Shown piece by piece: positions 38,654 through 48,836 of a stretch of DNA of 64,000 nucleotides. Each line of letters opens with the position of its first letter. Within the stretch, counting starts at the first letter, position 1. This DNA comes from Alphaproteobacteria bacterium (GTDB lineage Bacteria > Pseudomonadota > Alphaproteobacteria > UBA9219), in contig JANRKK010000021.1 in the NCBI GenBank assembly GCA_033763555.1, positions 4,278 through 68,277 on the forward strand, in the 5' to 3' direction. The translations under genes were made by a program, and so were the position numbers. The notes beneath the pieces are model-generated. The model made no database searches and was not told the DNA's origin. It saw only the letters and a program-made list of their open reading frames with translations.

Positions 38654-39258
38654 ACGAAATTGAACAAGCGGCGCGCGCTTTCAGCAAAGCGCTCGTCATG
38701 AATGATAACCGCGCGCGGCGTGGGCCGCCAGGACAGCAGGGCAAGCTTGTCGGCATAGATGAACATGGGAGTCGATACAAAATACTCGGCCGGAACGGCG
38801 CGATAAGCTTCCTTGTCGGCGATCAGGTTCGTGTCACCCGTGCGGACAAGCATGCGTTCCGTGACATCAATTTTTTCGAGCCGTTTAAGATGGTTGCTCA
38901 GGAATTCCTTGGACAGGCTTTCCGCGGCGTTCTTTTCATCGACATGGGCGATCAAGACTTCACCGCCGCCATTCTGGAGCGTTTTGTAAATATCATCCAG
39001 AATGCGCTGGTCAGCTTCCTCGCCATCATAGGTTTCAATGATGCGGTCTTTCTTTCGCACGCCGGAGCTTGGCAGAAACTCCACCCCGGCCGCCTCAAAA
39101 ACATCCTGCAATTTTTCCAGCGTGCCGCCATGCGCCTGGACATGGCCGCGTTCGATCTTGTTGATGCCGTTGACAGTCAGGCCCGTCTGTTTGGCCAGTT
39201 CAGCCGTCGACCAGTCCAACAGCGCACGCGCGGCACGGATTTGCTCAGCGTTGATCAT
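38605..39258 (-). CDS. XRE-family HTH transcriptional regulator with C-terminal domain of unknown function
   Basis: N-terminal HTH INAEQIRAARALLDWSTAELAKQTGLTVNGINKIERG. Confidence 0.6.
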   Translation of the reverse strand: MINAEQIRAARALLDWSTAELAKQTGLTVNGINKIERGHVQAHGGTLEKLQDVFEAAGVEFLPSSGVRKKDRIIETYDGEEADQRILDDIYKTLQNGGGEVLIAHVDEKNAAESLSKEFLSNHLKRLEKIDVTERMLVRTGDTNLIADKEAYRAVPAEYFVSTPMFIYADKLALLSWRPTPRAVIIHDERFAESARRLFNFVWDNAEQPTILRKGRP

Positions 39259-39497
39259 CCCAACTCGGCTCCTCAAACATCCAACCCCTCATTCCGAGAG
39301 GAAGGAAATTGCGCAATAAAAATACTTAAAGACACAGCTCAGCGGTATTTGGGTCACTTTTTAGCCCCTCCTACCGAGAATTGTTAATTTTCTAACCAAT
39401 AGTTGTAAAAGAAAACATTGTCAAATCTTCTTTTTATCGTTAATTCAAATTTTCTATTTGATTTCATCCAATGTCAATGGCATAAATATGCAACAGT

Positions 39498-39719
39498 TTG
39501 ATAAAGTCACATAATGAGTATGAAAATAAATCGTTAACCACAGGAAGGCCGGAAATGCTGCAATTCGACCAATTCATCGCCCGTCACGGTGAGGCCGTTG
39601 CCCAGGCCCTTCTGGAAAATATCGAACGTTTTGAGGGTGTCCGCGCCGATCTGGCGTCCTCACTCGAAGACCGCTGGCTGCGCGTGATGCAGTCTTCCGA
39701 TCAACGCCTCGCCGCCTAA
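39498..39719 (+). CDS. Small hypothetical protein
   Basis: 73-aa ORF; an internal Met at 39555 is a plausible start. Confidence 0.25.
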   Translation: MIKSHNEYENKSLTTGRPEMLQFDQFIARHGEAVAQALLENIERFEGVRADLASSLEDRWLRVMQSSDQRLAA

Positions 39720-39730
39720 GGAATTCGCAC

Positions 39731-40132
39731 ATGGCTAAAAAGACGCAACCCGAAAGCACCGCGCTTGTCTTCGACATCCGCGATATGATCACCGAAACGA
39801 TCGAGCGCATCCGCGAAGAGCATCGCGCCGCCCGTACCGAAGACAAGCAACCTGTTACGGTTGCCCGTGCGCTCAGCCAACTGGGTGCCACGCACCATGT
39901 GACCAACCGCGCCCAGAGCCGCGCGCTCACCATCCTGAATGATCACGAGATGACCTCGGTTTATGCTTTGTGCGCCTGGGTGGCGAATGAGCAGGATACG
40001 GCGCAGGAAACCGTGCAGGCGATCACCGAAGCGCATTTCGGCGTCAATCATGTGACGAAGCTGCAGCGCAAGGATTACGACGAAGTCATCAAGTTCCTGG
40101 TCGATCTCCGCATCGACGAGATGAAGAACTAG
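39731..40132 (+). CDS. Hypothetical protein
   Basis: 133-aa ORF; its stop overlaps the end of the mrdA reading frame. Confidence 0.4.
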   Translation: MAKKTQPESTALVFDIRDMITETIERIREEHRAARTEDKQPVTVARALSQLGATHHVTNRAQSRALTILNDHEMTSVYALCAWVANEQDTAQETVQAITEAHFGVNHVTKLQRKDYDEVIKFLVDLRIDEMKN

Positions 40133-41976
40133 GCGCCAATTCCCCGTACCTGACATTCCAGCAGAAGATCATGGGCAATCGGTGCGGCGTTATGCGCGCC
40201 GCTGCCGCCATGCTCCACAATGACCGCGACGGCATAGCGCGGTTTGGTGATTGGCGCATAGCCGACAAACAGCGCATGGTCGCGTTCTTTCCACGGTAAA
40301 GCCTCGTTCGCGGTTACGCCTTCGGCGCGTTAGGCCTGGCTGATGCGCCGCACTTGCGAGGTTCCGGTCTTGCCCGCCATCGCCATGCTTGGCTTGTCGA
40401 TACGCACACTGTAAGCCGTGCCGAAAGTTTCATTCACGACCGCATTCATGGTTTTTTGCAGCAGCGCTACATGGTCGGGCTTGAAGCCCAGGGATGGCCA
40501 TGAGGTCGCGTCATTCTCCGGTGTTCCTTCGGGTTTTACAGGGCGTACAATATGCGGCACCACGGCCTTGCCGCCATTACCGATGCGTGCCGCCATCACC
40601 GCCAGCTGCAGGGGCGTTGCCAGCATATAGCCCTGGCCGATGGCGGCGACGAGCGTTTCGCCCTGCTGCCAATTGCTGCCCTGCGTTGCGGATTTCCATG
40701 CGCGTCCGGGAACAAGCCCCGCGCGTTCATGCGGCAGGTCGAGACCGAGCTTCTGGCCCAGGCCGAAGCGCTTGGCCATCGCCTGGATACGGTCGATGCC
40801 GATGCGCTTGCCGAGATCATAGAAATAAACGTCGCAGGAGCCCGCAACCGCCTGCGTCAGATTGACATGCCCATGTCCGCCGCGCTTCCAGCAGTGAAAG
40901 CGGTGATTGCCCAGATCGAAATGCCCGGGGCAGAATGTCTTGGCTTCGGGGTTCAGCATATCGGCTTCGAGCGCTGCCATGGCCACGACGGGCTTAATCG
41001 TTGAGCCGGGCGCGTATAGCCCGGCGATGGCTTTATTCAAAAGCGGCGCGTTTTCATCCTTATTCAACCGATCCCAATCTGTTTGTGAGATGCCATAGGT
41101 GAACAAATTAGGATCGAAGCCGGGCTGGGAGATCAGCGCCAGCACATCGCCATTCTGCGCATCCATAACAACGGCTGCTGCGCCTTGTTCGCGTGCCAGA
41201 CGCTGCTGCGCGAATTGCTGCAGGCCGATATCCAGCGTCAGGCGAAGTTCGCGGCCGGGTTCGGAATCCTTGCGTGCCAGCTCACGCACGACGCGGCCGC
41301 GGGCATTAACTTCCATCTCCACATTTCCGGCTGTACCACGCAGCAGCGGGTCATATTGTTTTTCCACGCCGTTCTTGCCGATGCGGAAACCTGGAATGGC
41401 CAGAGTGCTCTCCTCCCCGTCTTCTTCCTTGCCCAGATCTTTTTCAGAAACGATGCCGATATAGCCGAGCACATGCGATGTCGCCGCGCCGTAGGGGTAG
41501 GAGCGCACCTCGCCCGTATCAACATCGGTTCCTGGCAGGTCGAGTGTGTAGAGCGAAAGCCGCGCAACTTGATCCCAGGTCAGATTGTCTTTGACGGGAA
41601 TGGCGTTGAAGGTCGAAGCGCTGCGCACTTCGCGGGTGATGCGCCGCCGCTCGGGTTCGGTAATCTCGACATAGCCGCCCAGCTTGTCGAGCAGGAGGTC
41701 AAGATTTTTGATCTGCTCGGGCAGAAGGACAAGGCGGTAATTCTGTTGGTTCAGTGCCAGTTGCGCTCCGGTACGGTCGAGGATCAGGCCACGTGTCGGC
41801 GCCAAAAGACGCAGATTGATGCGGTTATCTTCCGCCAGCGTGCGGTATTTCTCGCCTTCAATGACCGACAGGTAATAAAGCCGCCCGGCCAGAATGGAAA
41901 ACAGCCCTGCCTGCGCGCCGCCTATCAGGATGGCGCGGCGAGTGAAAAGGCGGGAACGGTCGTTATCTCCGGCCAT
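40129..41976 (-). pseudogene. mrdA: Penicillin-binding protein 2 (MrdA) interrupted by an in-frame TAA at 40330-40332. N-terminal 548-aa ORF (40330..41976) plus a 66-codon C-terminal remnant (40129..40329) in the same frame.
   Basis: The 548-aa ORF contains SXXK, SXN and KTG (AGKTGTSQV) motifs and ends …RRISQA*. The next 66 codons in frame read RAEGVTANEALPWKERDHALFVGYAPITKPRYAVAVIVEHGGSGAHNAAPIAHDLLLECQ*, which is the conserved PBP2 C-terminus. Confidence 0.7.
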
Positions 41977-41982
41977 GCCTGG

Positions 41983-42498
41983 CTAACCTTGCGGAAAGGC
42001 CGCCCTTTGCAGCCGGATCAGAAGCCAGCAGGGCAACGGAAAAAGAACAATCGCCAGAACGCACTGCATGACAGCAGGCAGAACAGGCAGGAAAGTCCAG
42101 GCAATCAGATTTTGTAAAATCCATGCGGCGAGCGTGACAAGAAAAACTGTTAGCGCGAAGCCCCACCATATCATGGAAAAAGAATGCCCGACGAAGAAAC
42201 GCCGCTGACGAAAAATAACCTGATGGGCGGCGACAAAGAGAAGTGCCGAGAGGCCAAGCGGCAGGCTGTGAACGATGTCGTTGAGAAAGCCGATCAGAAA
42301 CGCCATCCAGGGGCGGAAAAGATCGGGGCGGTGAATGGCCCAGTAGTAAACCATCATCAGGGCGAAAGGCGGCGCGACCGCGCCGAGATGGGGCAGGGGC
42401 CAGGCGAGAACGCCCAGCAGCACGCCGAGCAGCGCGGTGATAAAAGGCAAAGACAGCCGCGCGCCGTAATCTAGGCGTTGCCAGACAACATCAAACAT
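41983..42498 (-). CDS. mreD: Rod shape-determining protein MreD
   Basis: 171-aa polytopic membrane protein between mreC and mrdA. Confidence 0.75.
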   Translation of the reverse strand: MFDVVWQRLDYGARLSLPFITALLGVLLGVLAWPLPHLGAVAPPFALMMVYYWAIHRPDLFRPWMAFLIGFLNDIVHSLPLGLSALLFVAAHQVIFRQRRFFVGHSFSMIWWGFALTVFLVTLAAWILQNLIAWTFLPVLPAVMQCVLAIVLFPLPCWLLIRLQRAAFPQG

Positions 42499-43394
42499 CA
42501 GCGTTTTTTGGCCGCAGCCTCGACTTTGGCGGCAACGGGGTTAAAGGCCCCGCCTTTCAGGTTAAAATCGACCAGACGGACATAATTGATACGGCCCATA
42601 TCGGCGGCGGGGACGAGATTATAGGCCCCGCGCGAGGTTTCCGTCACCGTTCCAACCGGAAGATTGGGCGGAAAAATGCCACCATGGCCAGAGGTTACCA
42701 CCTGTGCGCCCGTGCTCAGCACAGCATCCCGCGGCAAATACATCAGTTTGGGTGCGGCAGAATTCTCACCTACCAGAATGGCGCGGTCGCCGGAGCCTGC
42801 CACCGTCACTGGAATGCGCGAATTCAAATCGGTGATCAGAAGAACGCGCGACGACCAGTCGCCAACCTCGATCACGCGACCGATCAAACCTTCTCCGGTC
42901 ATGACGGCCATGCCTTCGCGCGCGCCGTCGGTGGCGCCCGCCGTGATGATCAACCCGCGCGTGAAAGGGCCGCCTGTGTCGGCGATCACACGCGCCGAAA
43001 TATAGGCAAGACCCGGTTCGGCCTTGAAGTGGAGGAGATCGCGCAACTCGCGGTTCTCTCTTTGCAGGGTCACCAGCGCATCACGCCATTGTTTCATGCT
43101 CGCATTATCGGTGCGGAGCTTTTCATTTTCGGTGCGCAGACTCATATAGCTGCGCGCGTTGGCGGCGGCCTGTTCGATGGCGGTCAGCGGGCGGGCGAAA
43201 GCGTCCAGCACCGGAGCGATACCGTCGACCAGATGCGTGCGCACACCCTGCACCGTCCCGGGATGGACGCGATTGAGCAGAAGCAGCCCGAGCGCGAGGA
43301 CCATAAAAACGATAAAGGAGAATCGCTGCAGCACGACCCGCCAGGATATGGCGGCGACGTAAGACCATCCGGAGGAACGTTGGTGAACCGGCAT
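42498..43394 (-). CDS. mreC: Rod shape-determining protein MreC
   Basis: N-terminal TM anchor, coiled-coil (…ENEKLRTDNASMKQW…), C-terminal beta domain. Confidence 0.8.
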   Translation of the reverse strand: MPVHQRSSGWSYVAAISWRVVLQRFSFIVFMVLALGLLLLNRVHPGTVQGVRTHLVDGIAPVLDAFARPLTAIEQAAANARSYMSLRTENEKLRTDNASMKQWRDALVTLQRENRELRDLLHFKAEPGLAYISARVIADTGGPFTRGLIITAGATDGAREGMAVMTGEGLIGRVIEVGDWSSRVLLITDLNSRIPVTVAGSGDRAILVGENSAAPKLMYLPRDAVLSTGAQVVTSGHGGIFPPNLPVGTVTETSRGAYNLVPAADMGRINYVRLVDFNLKGGAFNPVAAKVEAAAKKR

Positions 43395-43465
43395 CGGGAA
43401 ACTCGGAAAAAGCTAGCGGCAAAGAGTAACCGAGGATGATGTCGAAGCCAATGGGTAATCTGAAT

Positions 43466-44443
43466 TCAGGAAGGCTCGGCGTTCAACAATCCACAGGCAG
43501 CCCGAAAAGCGGAGTCGGTGCTTAAACCCTCCATCAAATTGGGCGAAACCGCATGCAGGGAAGGTAGCCGCGCCAGCAGTGTGTCGCGGCTTTCGGGCGT
43601 GCAGACATAGCGGGCGTGTGGTCCCCATGGGCCGTAAACAGCTTCCTGCCCTGGGCCGAACAGGCCGAGTGTTGGTGTATGCATGGCTGCCGCCAGATGC
43701 ATCAGGCCGGAATCATTGCCGATGAACAGAGCGCATTCCTTGAGGCACGCCGCAGCCGTCAGCAGGTCTTCGCCGATAATGGGCACGCTGCGTCCGGGAA
43801 AAGCTTCGAGCAGAGGCTGAGCAGTCGCGCGTTCATGTGCATCAGTGATGACAAGGATGGAAGCTCCGGGCAGTGATCCATCTGCGGCCGTGAGTTTTTG
43901 TGCGAGGGCAATAAAATTTTTCACAGGCCATTGTTTCGGCGGCCAGTTGGCCGCGGGTGCTAGCGCCAGCAGCGGACGCGAAGGCGGAAGAATTCGTGCG
44001 GCATTTTTCTCCGCTTCGGCATCGAGCCAGATTTTCGGGACGGGTGGAGGATTCAAATTCAAAACGCGCGCATTTTCGATAACCTTGTGCTGGCCTGAAT
44101 TTTTTGCACGGCAGGCAAGTTGCCCGGCGCGAAGCAGGCGCGAGATGATACTGTTGCGCAAATCGACGATGAGATCCCAGCGTGTCGGCGCACATTGCCG
44201 CCAGGCTTCCATCCAGTGCAGATTCCATTTTTTCTTGCGCAGAATGATCAGCCGTTCCAAGCGCGGTACGGCACGAAAAAGCCCTGCGGCATAAGGGCCG
44301 CAGATAATCGTGAAGCGCGCCTGAGGGTAAAGATCCGTCAGATGGCGGAGCAGGCCCGTTGACAGCACGGCATCGCCAACGCGGTTGGAGGTGATGAAAA
44401 GGATATTCACAGCGAGTCCCGGCCTTGTCCGAAGATCAGGCAC
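43466..44443 (-). CDS. LPS heptosyltransferase (glycosyltransferase family 9)
   Basis: 325 aa; N-terminus VNILFITSNRVGDAVLSTGLLRHL is typical of WaaC/WaaF-like GT9. Confidence 0.75.
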   Translation of the reverse strand: MPDLRTRPGLAVNILFITSNRVGDAVLSTGLLRHLTDLYPQARFTIICGPYAAGLFRAVPRLERLIILRKKKWNLHWMEAWRQCAPTRWDLIVDLRNSIISRLLRAGQLACRAKNSGQHKVIENARVLNLNPPPVPKIWLDAEAEKNAARILPPSRPLLALAPAANWPPKQWPVKNFIALAQKLTAADGSLPGASILVITDAHERATAQPLLEAFPGRSVPIIGEDLLTAAACLKECALFIGNDSGLMHLAAAMHTPTLGLFGPGQEAVYGPWGPHARYVCTPESRDTLLARLPSLHAVSPNLMEGLSTDSAFRAACGLLNAEPS

Positions 44444-44454
44444 AATGCTAAACC

Positions 44455-45426
44455 TTGCGCATGGCTGTCTACACCGAAGTCTCAGAGGCCGAAGCCAAGG
44501 CTTTTCTTGCCGATTATGATCTCGGCGAGCTGCGCGAGCTTGTTGGTATCAAGCAGGGCGTCGAGAACACCAATTATTTCCTTTATACCAGCGTCGGGCG
44601 TTATGTTCTGACGCTTTACGAAAAGCGGGTGAAGGAAGATGACCTGCCCTATTTTCTGGGCTTGATGGAACATCTGGCGAAAGCGGGCGTGCCATGCCCG
44701 CCGCCCTTGCGCAACCGGGAGCATGAGCCCGTCGGCCGTATTGCCGGGCGCGCCGCCGCCATCACCTGTTTTCTGGACGGCAAGCCTTTGTCACGCGTCA
44801 CGCCGAATGAATGCGGCGAAGTCGGTCGTGCTCTGGCGGGGCTGCATCTGGCGGGAATGGATTTCACACAGCGCCGCGCGAACACTTTGTCGCTCGATGG
44901 CTGGGAAAATCTTCTCGATCTCTGCAAACCGCGCGCGGATGAGGTGCAGCCGGGACTGGGTGCATTACTGACGGCGGAACTGGAATATTTAAATGCCAAC
45001 TGGCCGCGCGATCTTCTGCAGGGCGCCATCCATGCCGATTTGTTCCCCGACAATGTGTTTTTTGAAGGCAACAAGCTGAGTGGCCTGATTGATTTCTATT
45101 TCGCCTGCGATGATCTGTTTGCTTATGACCTGGCCATCTGCCTGAATGCCTGGTGTTTTGAAAATAACGTTGCCTTCAATATTACCAAGGCACGGGCTTT
45201 GTTCGGCGGTTACAATCAGGTGCGGCCTTTGTCCGATGGCGAAACCAAAGCGCTGGCGGTGTTGGCGCGCGGCGCTGCGTTGCGTTTTCTTCTGACGCGG
45301 CTGCATGACTGGCTGCATCAGGTTCCCGAGGCTTTTGTGAAACCCAAAGACCCGCTGGATTACCTGACACGCCTGCAATTTCATCAGCTGGTCAGCGACA
45401 CGGCAGCCTATGGAATTGGCGCATGA
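44455..45426 (+). CDS. thrB: Homoserine kinase (ThrB type II, APH-fold)
   Basis: Begins [27 protein letters not shown]…GVENTNYFL; kinase Brenner-like motif [11 protein letters not shown]. Confidence 0.8.
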   Translation: MRMAVYTEVSEAEAKAFLADYDLGELRELVGIKQGVENTNYFLYTSVGRYVLTLYEKRVKEDDLPYFLGLMEHLAKAGVPCPPPLRNREHEPVGRIAGRAAAITCFLDGKPLSRVTPNECGEVGRALAGLHLAGMDFTQRRANTLSLDGWENLLDLCKPRADEVQPGLGALLTAELEYLNANWPRDLLQGAIHADLFPDNVFFEGNKLSGLIDFYFACDDLFAYDLAICLNAWCFENNVAFNITKARALFGGYNQVRPLSDGETKALAVLARGAALRFLLTRLHDWLHQVPEAFVKPKDPLDYLTRLQFHQLVSDTAAYGIGA

Positions 45427-45869
45427 ATGGCCGCGGTAAAATCGTCGATATTTTCAGCGATGGCGCCTGCAGCGGCAATCCGGGCCCGGGCGGCTGGGGC
45501 GTCATCCTGCGCTATGGTGATGTGGAAAAGGAACTTTCGGGCGGCGAGCCGGAGACCACCAACAACCGTATGGAGCTGATGGGGGCGATTGCAGGGCTGG
45601 AAGCCCTGACCAAGCCTTCGCAAGTGCGGCTGCATACCGACAGCCAGTATGTGCAAAAAGGCATTACCGAATGGCTGCCGCAATGGGTCCGGCGCGGCTG
45701 GAAAACCGCCGACAAAAAGCCTGTGAAGAATGTCGATCTCTGGCAACGCCTGCAAACCGCCATACAGCCGCATCAGGTGGAGTTTATCTGGGTGCGCGGC
45801 CATGCGGGCCATCCAGAAAATGAACGCGCCGATCAGCTGGCTGTAGCCGCAATTACACGCATTTCCTAG
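45423..45869 (+). CDS. rnhA: Ribonuclease HI
   Basis: [14 protein letters not shown]…TNNRMEL…HTDSQY motifs. Confidence 0.9.
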   Translation: MNGRGKIVDIFSDGACSGNPGPGGWGVILRYGDVEKELSGGEPETTNNRMELMGAIAGLEALTKPSQVRLHTDSQYVQKGITEWLPQWVRRGWKTADKKPVKNVDLWQRLQTAIQPHQVEFIWVRGHAGHPENERADQLAVAAITRIS

Positions 45870-45945
45870 GCAAAAGTCTCTTTGCCATTTTTTTGTCACT
45901 TTCTTCTGGCCATTTCTGCCCGCGCTCAAACGCACTATATATAAT

Positions 45946-46968
45946 GTGAATCAGTCAGGAGGGTGGTCGATGGGCAGGACAACGGTACGAAGCGCTTCCA
46001 AGGGAAGTCTGAAGAAAGCTGAAGTTCTTAAACAGCTTCCGAAAGATATGCATCCGATTGCCGGACGGCTGATTGCCGGAAGCTGCTATGTTTACCGCCA
46101 ATTCGCCCGCCATCAGGTTCTGGTCGCCAGCTATAAAAAGCGGGGGATTTTCTTCACCCCTTCGCTGGCTTTCAGGGCCCGGATACTTTTCGACACCTTC
46201 TGGGAGGCCATGCTTTCAGTGGCTTCCAGCGTCACCCTGTCTATCCGCGACTATCACGCGCTGATCGATCAGCCCACGAACCTGCAGGACGCGCAGCGTC
46301 CGCTGTTTGCCATTGCGGGCTGCTCGGATTCCCGTGTCCAGACCCTCAATCTGCTGGATATGCATGCGGGCGAAGCCTTCGGCTTTGAAAATATCGGCGG
46401 CTCACTGGAAGATCCGCAGGAGCCCAGCCGCCTCAGTAAATCGGCCGAAGCCTTTATCTGTTTTGCCAAACATATGGGCGTCAAGGATTTCATTCTGGTG
46501 ACGCATGGCAAATGCGGTTGCATTTCCAACGCCGTGAATCCCTGCCATCACAAGCCGCTCGACCCCGCGGCGCCTCTGGAAGCCGTCACCTTGCGTGAAA
46601 TGGCGCTGGAAAAGAAATATATCGTCGATATAGCGCAGGAAAAGGGCATTCAGCATTATCTTGGCATGCTGGACGCGCCGCAGCTTTCCGAAAGCGATAA
46701 ACAGCTTCTGGCGCTGGAAATCGCCCATGGGCTGCACAATATGAAGCTGGCCAAGGATTTCATCGCCAAGCTGACCCTGCCGGGCGAAACGCCCATGCGT
46801 GTCACGCTGATTCACAAGGAATTGCGGACGCTGGATCCTTACATCTTCAATCCGGAAACGAAGAAATTCGTCCGGCTGACGCAGCATCCGCCGCTTGCCG
46901 ATATGGACGGCGACGACTGGTGGAGCCGCTTTTACCCGTTTGCGATGGGCTTTGCCGCTCCGGTTTAG
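45946..46968 (+). CDS. Beta-carbonic-anhydrase-like protein with long N- and C-terminal extensions
   Basis: Central segment …FAIAGCSDSRVQTLNLLDMHAGEAFGFENIGGS…FILVTHGKCGCI… matches beta-CA CxDxR and HxxC zinc-ligand motifs with canonical spacing. Confidence 0.5.
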   Translation: MNQSGGWSMGRTTVRSASKGSLKKAEVLKQLPKDMHPIAGRLIAGSCYVYRQFARHQVLVASYKKRGIFFTPSLAFRARILFDTFWEAMLSVASSVTLSIRDYHALIDQPTNLQDAQRPLFAIAGCSDSRVQTLNLLDMHAGEAFGFENIGGSLEDPQEPSRLSKSAEAFICFAKHMGVKDFILVTHGKCGCISNAVNPCHHKPLDPAAPLEAVTLREMALEKKYIVDIAQEKGIQHYLGMLDAPQLSESDKQLLALEIAHGLHNMKLAKDFIAKLTLPGETPMRVTLIHKELRTLDPYIFNPETKKFVRLTQHPPLADMDGDDWWSRFYPFAMGFAAPV

Positions 46969-47460
46969 GCGGCGGCTTTCAACCCGTCGATGGCGCGAAG
47001 CATCGCTTCGGCGCTGGAAACCTCAAACGCGCCGGGCTTTTCGACCGCGATGGATTTCACCAAACCATTTTCGGCATAGAGCGCGAAACGCTGGCAACGT
47101 GTGCCAAGGCCGTAGCCTGTGCCGTCCATCTCAAGCCCGAGCGCCTTGGTAAAAGTACCATTGCCGTCGGCCAGCATGGTGATGCCTTGGGCGCTTCCGG
47201 CATCCTGCCAGGCTTTCATGACGAAGGGGTCGTTGACCGCGAGGCAGGCAATTTCAACGCCGCGCGATTTGAAATCATTCAGATGCTGGACAAAGCCGGG
47301 CAGATGCTTGGCCGAGCAGGTGGGGGTGAAGGCGCCGGGCACCGCGAACATCACGACTTTCTTGCCGTTGAATACGTTGTCGGTCGACACATCCTGCATG
47401 CCGCTGTCGGTCAGCTGCTTGAGCGTGACGGAAGGAATTTTATCTCCGGTTTTGATCATG
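46965..47460 (-). CDS. Peroxiredoxin (Prx5-like, AhpC/TSA superfamily)
   Basis: MIKTGDKIPSVTLKQ…FAVPGAFTPTCS peroxidatic-Cys motif. Start set at an internal Met; the longer track ORF would overlap the tRNA remnant. Confidence 0.8.
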
Positions 47461-47488
47461 ATGGGGCTCCGCGGGTTGGAGTGGAAAA

Positions 47489-47533
47489 TGGTGCTGCCGA
47501 GAGGAATCGAACCTCCGACCCCGTCCTTACCAA
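47489..47533. repeat. 45-bp partial copy of tRNA-Thr(GGU) 3' end; perfect direct repeat of 55227-55271 (att-like island boundary)
   Basis: TGGTGCTGCCGAGAGGAATCGAACCTCCGACCCCGTCCTTACCAA is identical at both positions. The copy here diverges right after the anticodon loop. Confidence 0.65.
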
Positions 47534-48534
47534 AACTGCCCACTGTAACGCAATCAATATGTTGGAGCGTATCGTGGTTCATATAACGCCCATATTTTCT
47601 ATGGTTTTATATGGATTTTATTACAGTGTAATAATCATAACACGGCAACGCGTTATTGTGTCTGGTTCCTCTAAGCACGAAGGGAAGCCTCGCGGCTTCC
47701 CCGAATGCAGATAACTTAAGATTTCGCCGTATTCGAATTGCCGGTAGGTTGAGCCTTATCGGTCTGTGCCTTTGTATCGGCGTTTGGAACTTGCGAACCC
47801 GTTTTTGTTTCGGGCTGTTTGTTTTGCTCAGGCATAGGCTTCGCCTGTGTTGGAGATTGAATCATGGAAGCACCTCATCGGTAACGCGGCAAGGATTTGC
47901 CGACTATTGTTAAATGGGCATGAGGAAGTCGAATTACAATGAAGCAGTCAACAATTATCAAAATATATTTTTGAATTTTGAGTAGAAATGTTTTTTGACA
48001 CGATTGCCCTGCTATATAAGCCCCCTTATGCGCTCAGGCCGCAATGTCATGGCTATGTGTGTGAGGGTTATACTGCGGGCCAGCCTTCCCACATGGCTGC
48101 CTCGTAAGAGCGCTGATCGCCATTCTGGAGATTTTTTTGGTCTTTGGCGGATTTCCAGGTCGAGATCTCCGGGCAGGAACGGCCTATGTGTTCGATGTGT
48201 TGTTGCAGAGAAAAAATAGAATCTTTATCGCATACGATTGTAATCTTTTTTCCCATGTCCGTGAGAATGCGAATCTCTACGTACTGATCATCCAAATGTG
48301 CGGCGAGGCCCATAGTGGCCGCCCGGCACCATATGGGCGCAAGCGAAGCGTTCACTGCTAGAGGCCATTCAGGGCGCGAGGGCCATTGGCTCAAATTATC
48401 CACTATGCGCCTCATGAATATGTCCGGAGAGCCCAAACCGCCATGACCGCCAGAAGAAGGGCGACTGGAATAACGATAGGTGGAACAAACCAGGCTTTCA
48501 TTATGCAGTCTCCAGCAAGTTTGCTTAACAGGAA

Positions 48535-48783
48535 TTATGGATTGGTATTCTCTTTTATTTCGTCACCGGTATCCTTGACGGCATCGCCCAGTTTTTGGGC
48601 TGGTGTACGCTCTTCCAATTGCCGTCCCGCTTTATCGAGGCCCTGAGGCAGCTCATGGATGGCATCGCCAATTTTCTCGGTTGCACTGCGATGATCTTGC
48701 ATGGTTAGGAAGGCATAGGTGCCAATACTGGCAATAATAATGACCCCAAGAATCAACGGCCATTTGTATGTTGTGTTGGTCAT
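48535..48783 (-). CDS. Small membrane protein (stress-island gene)
   Basis: MTNTTYKWPLILGVIIIASIGTYAFL… single TM then an acidic tail; AT-rich. Confidence 0.4.
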   Translation of the reverse strand: MTNTTYKWPLILGVIIIASIGTYAFLTMQDHRSATEKIGDAIHELPQGLDKAGRQLEERTPAQKLGDAVKDTGDEIKENTNP

Positions 48784-48836
48784 GATTTCTCCTTTTTTAC
48801 TCAGGCTTGGCTTGGTATAGCACGTCGGCAACATTG

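Noticed and set aside
47461-47582. 5' extension of the peroxiredoxin ORF (MNHDTLQH…)
   Set aside because: The extension overlaps the tRNA-Thr remnant/att repeat. The family-typical N-terminus MIKTGDKIP starts at 47460.
47615-47635. Shared GTAATAAT-containing motif near both island ends (47620 and 55180)
   Set aside because: Too short and not symmetrically placed relative to the 45-bp repeats to call an inverted repeat or binding site.
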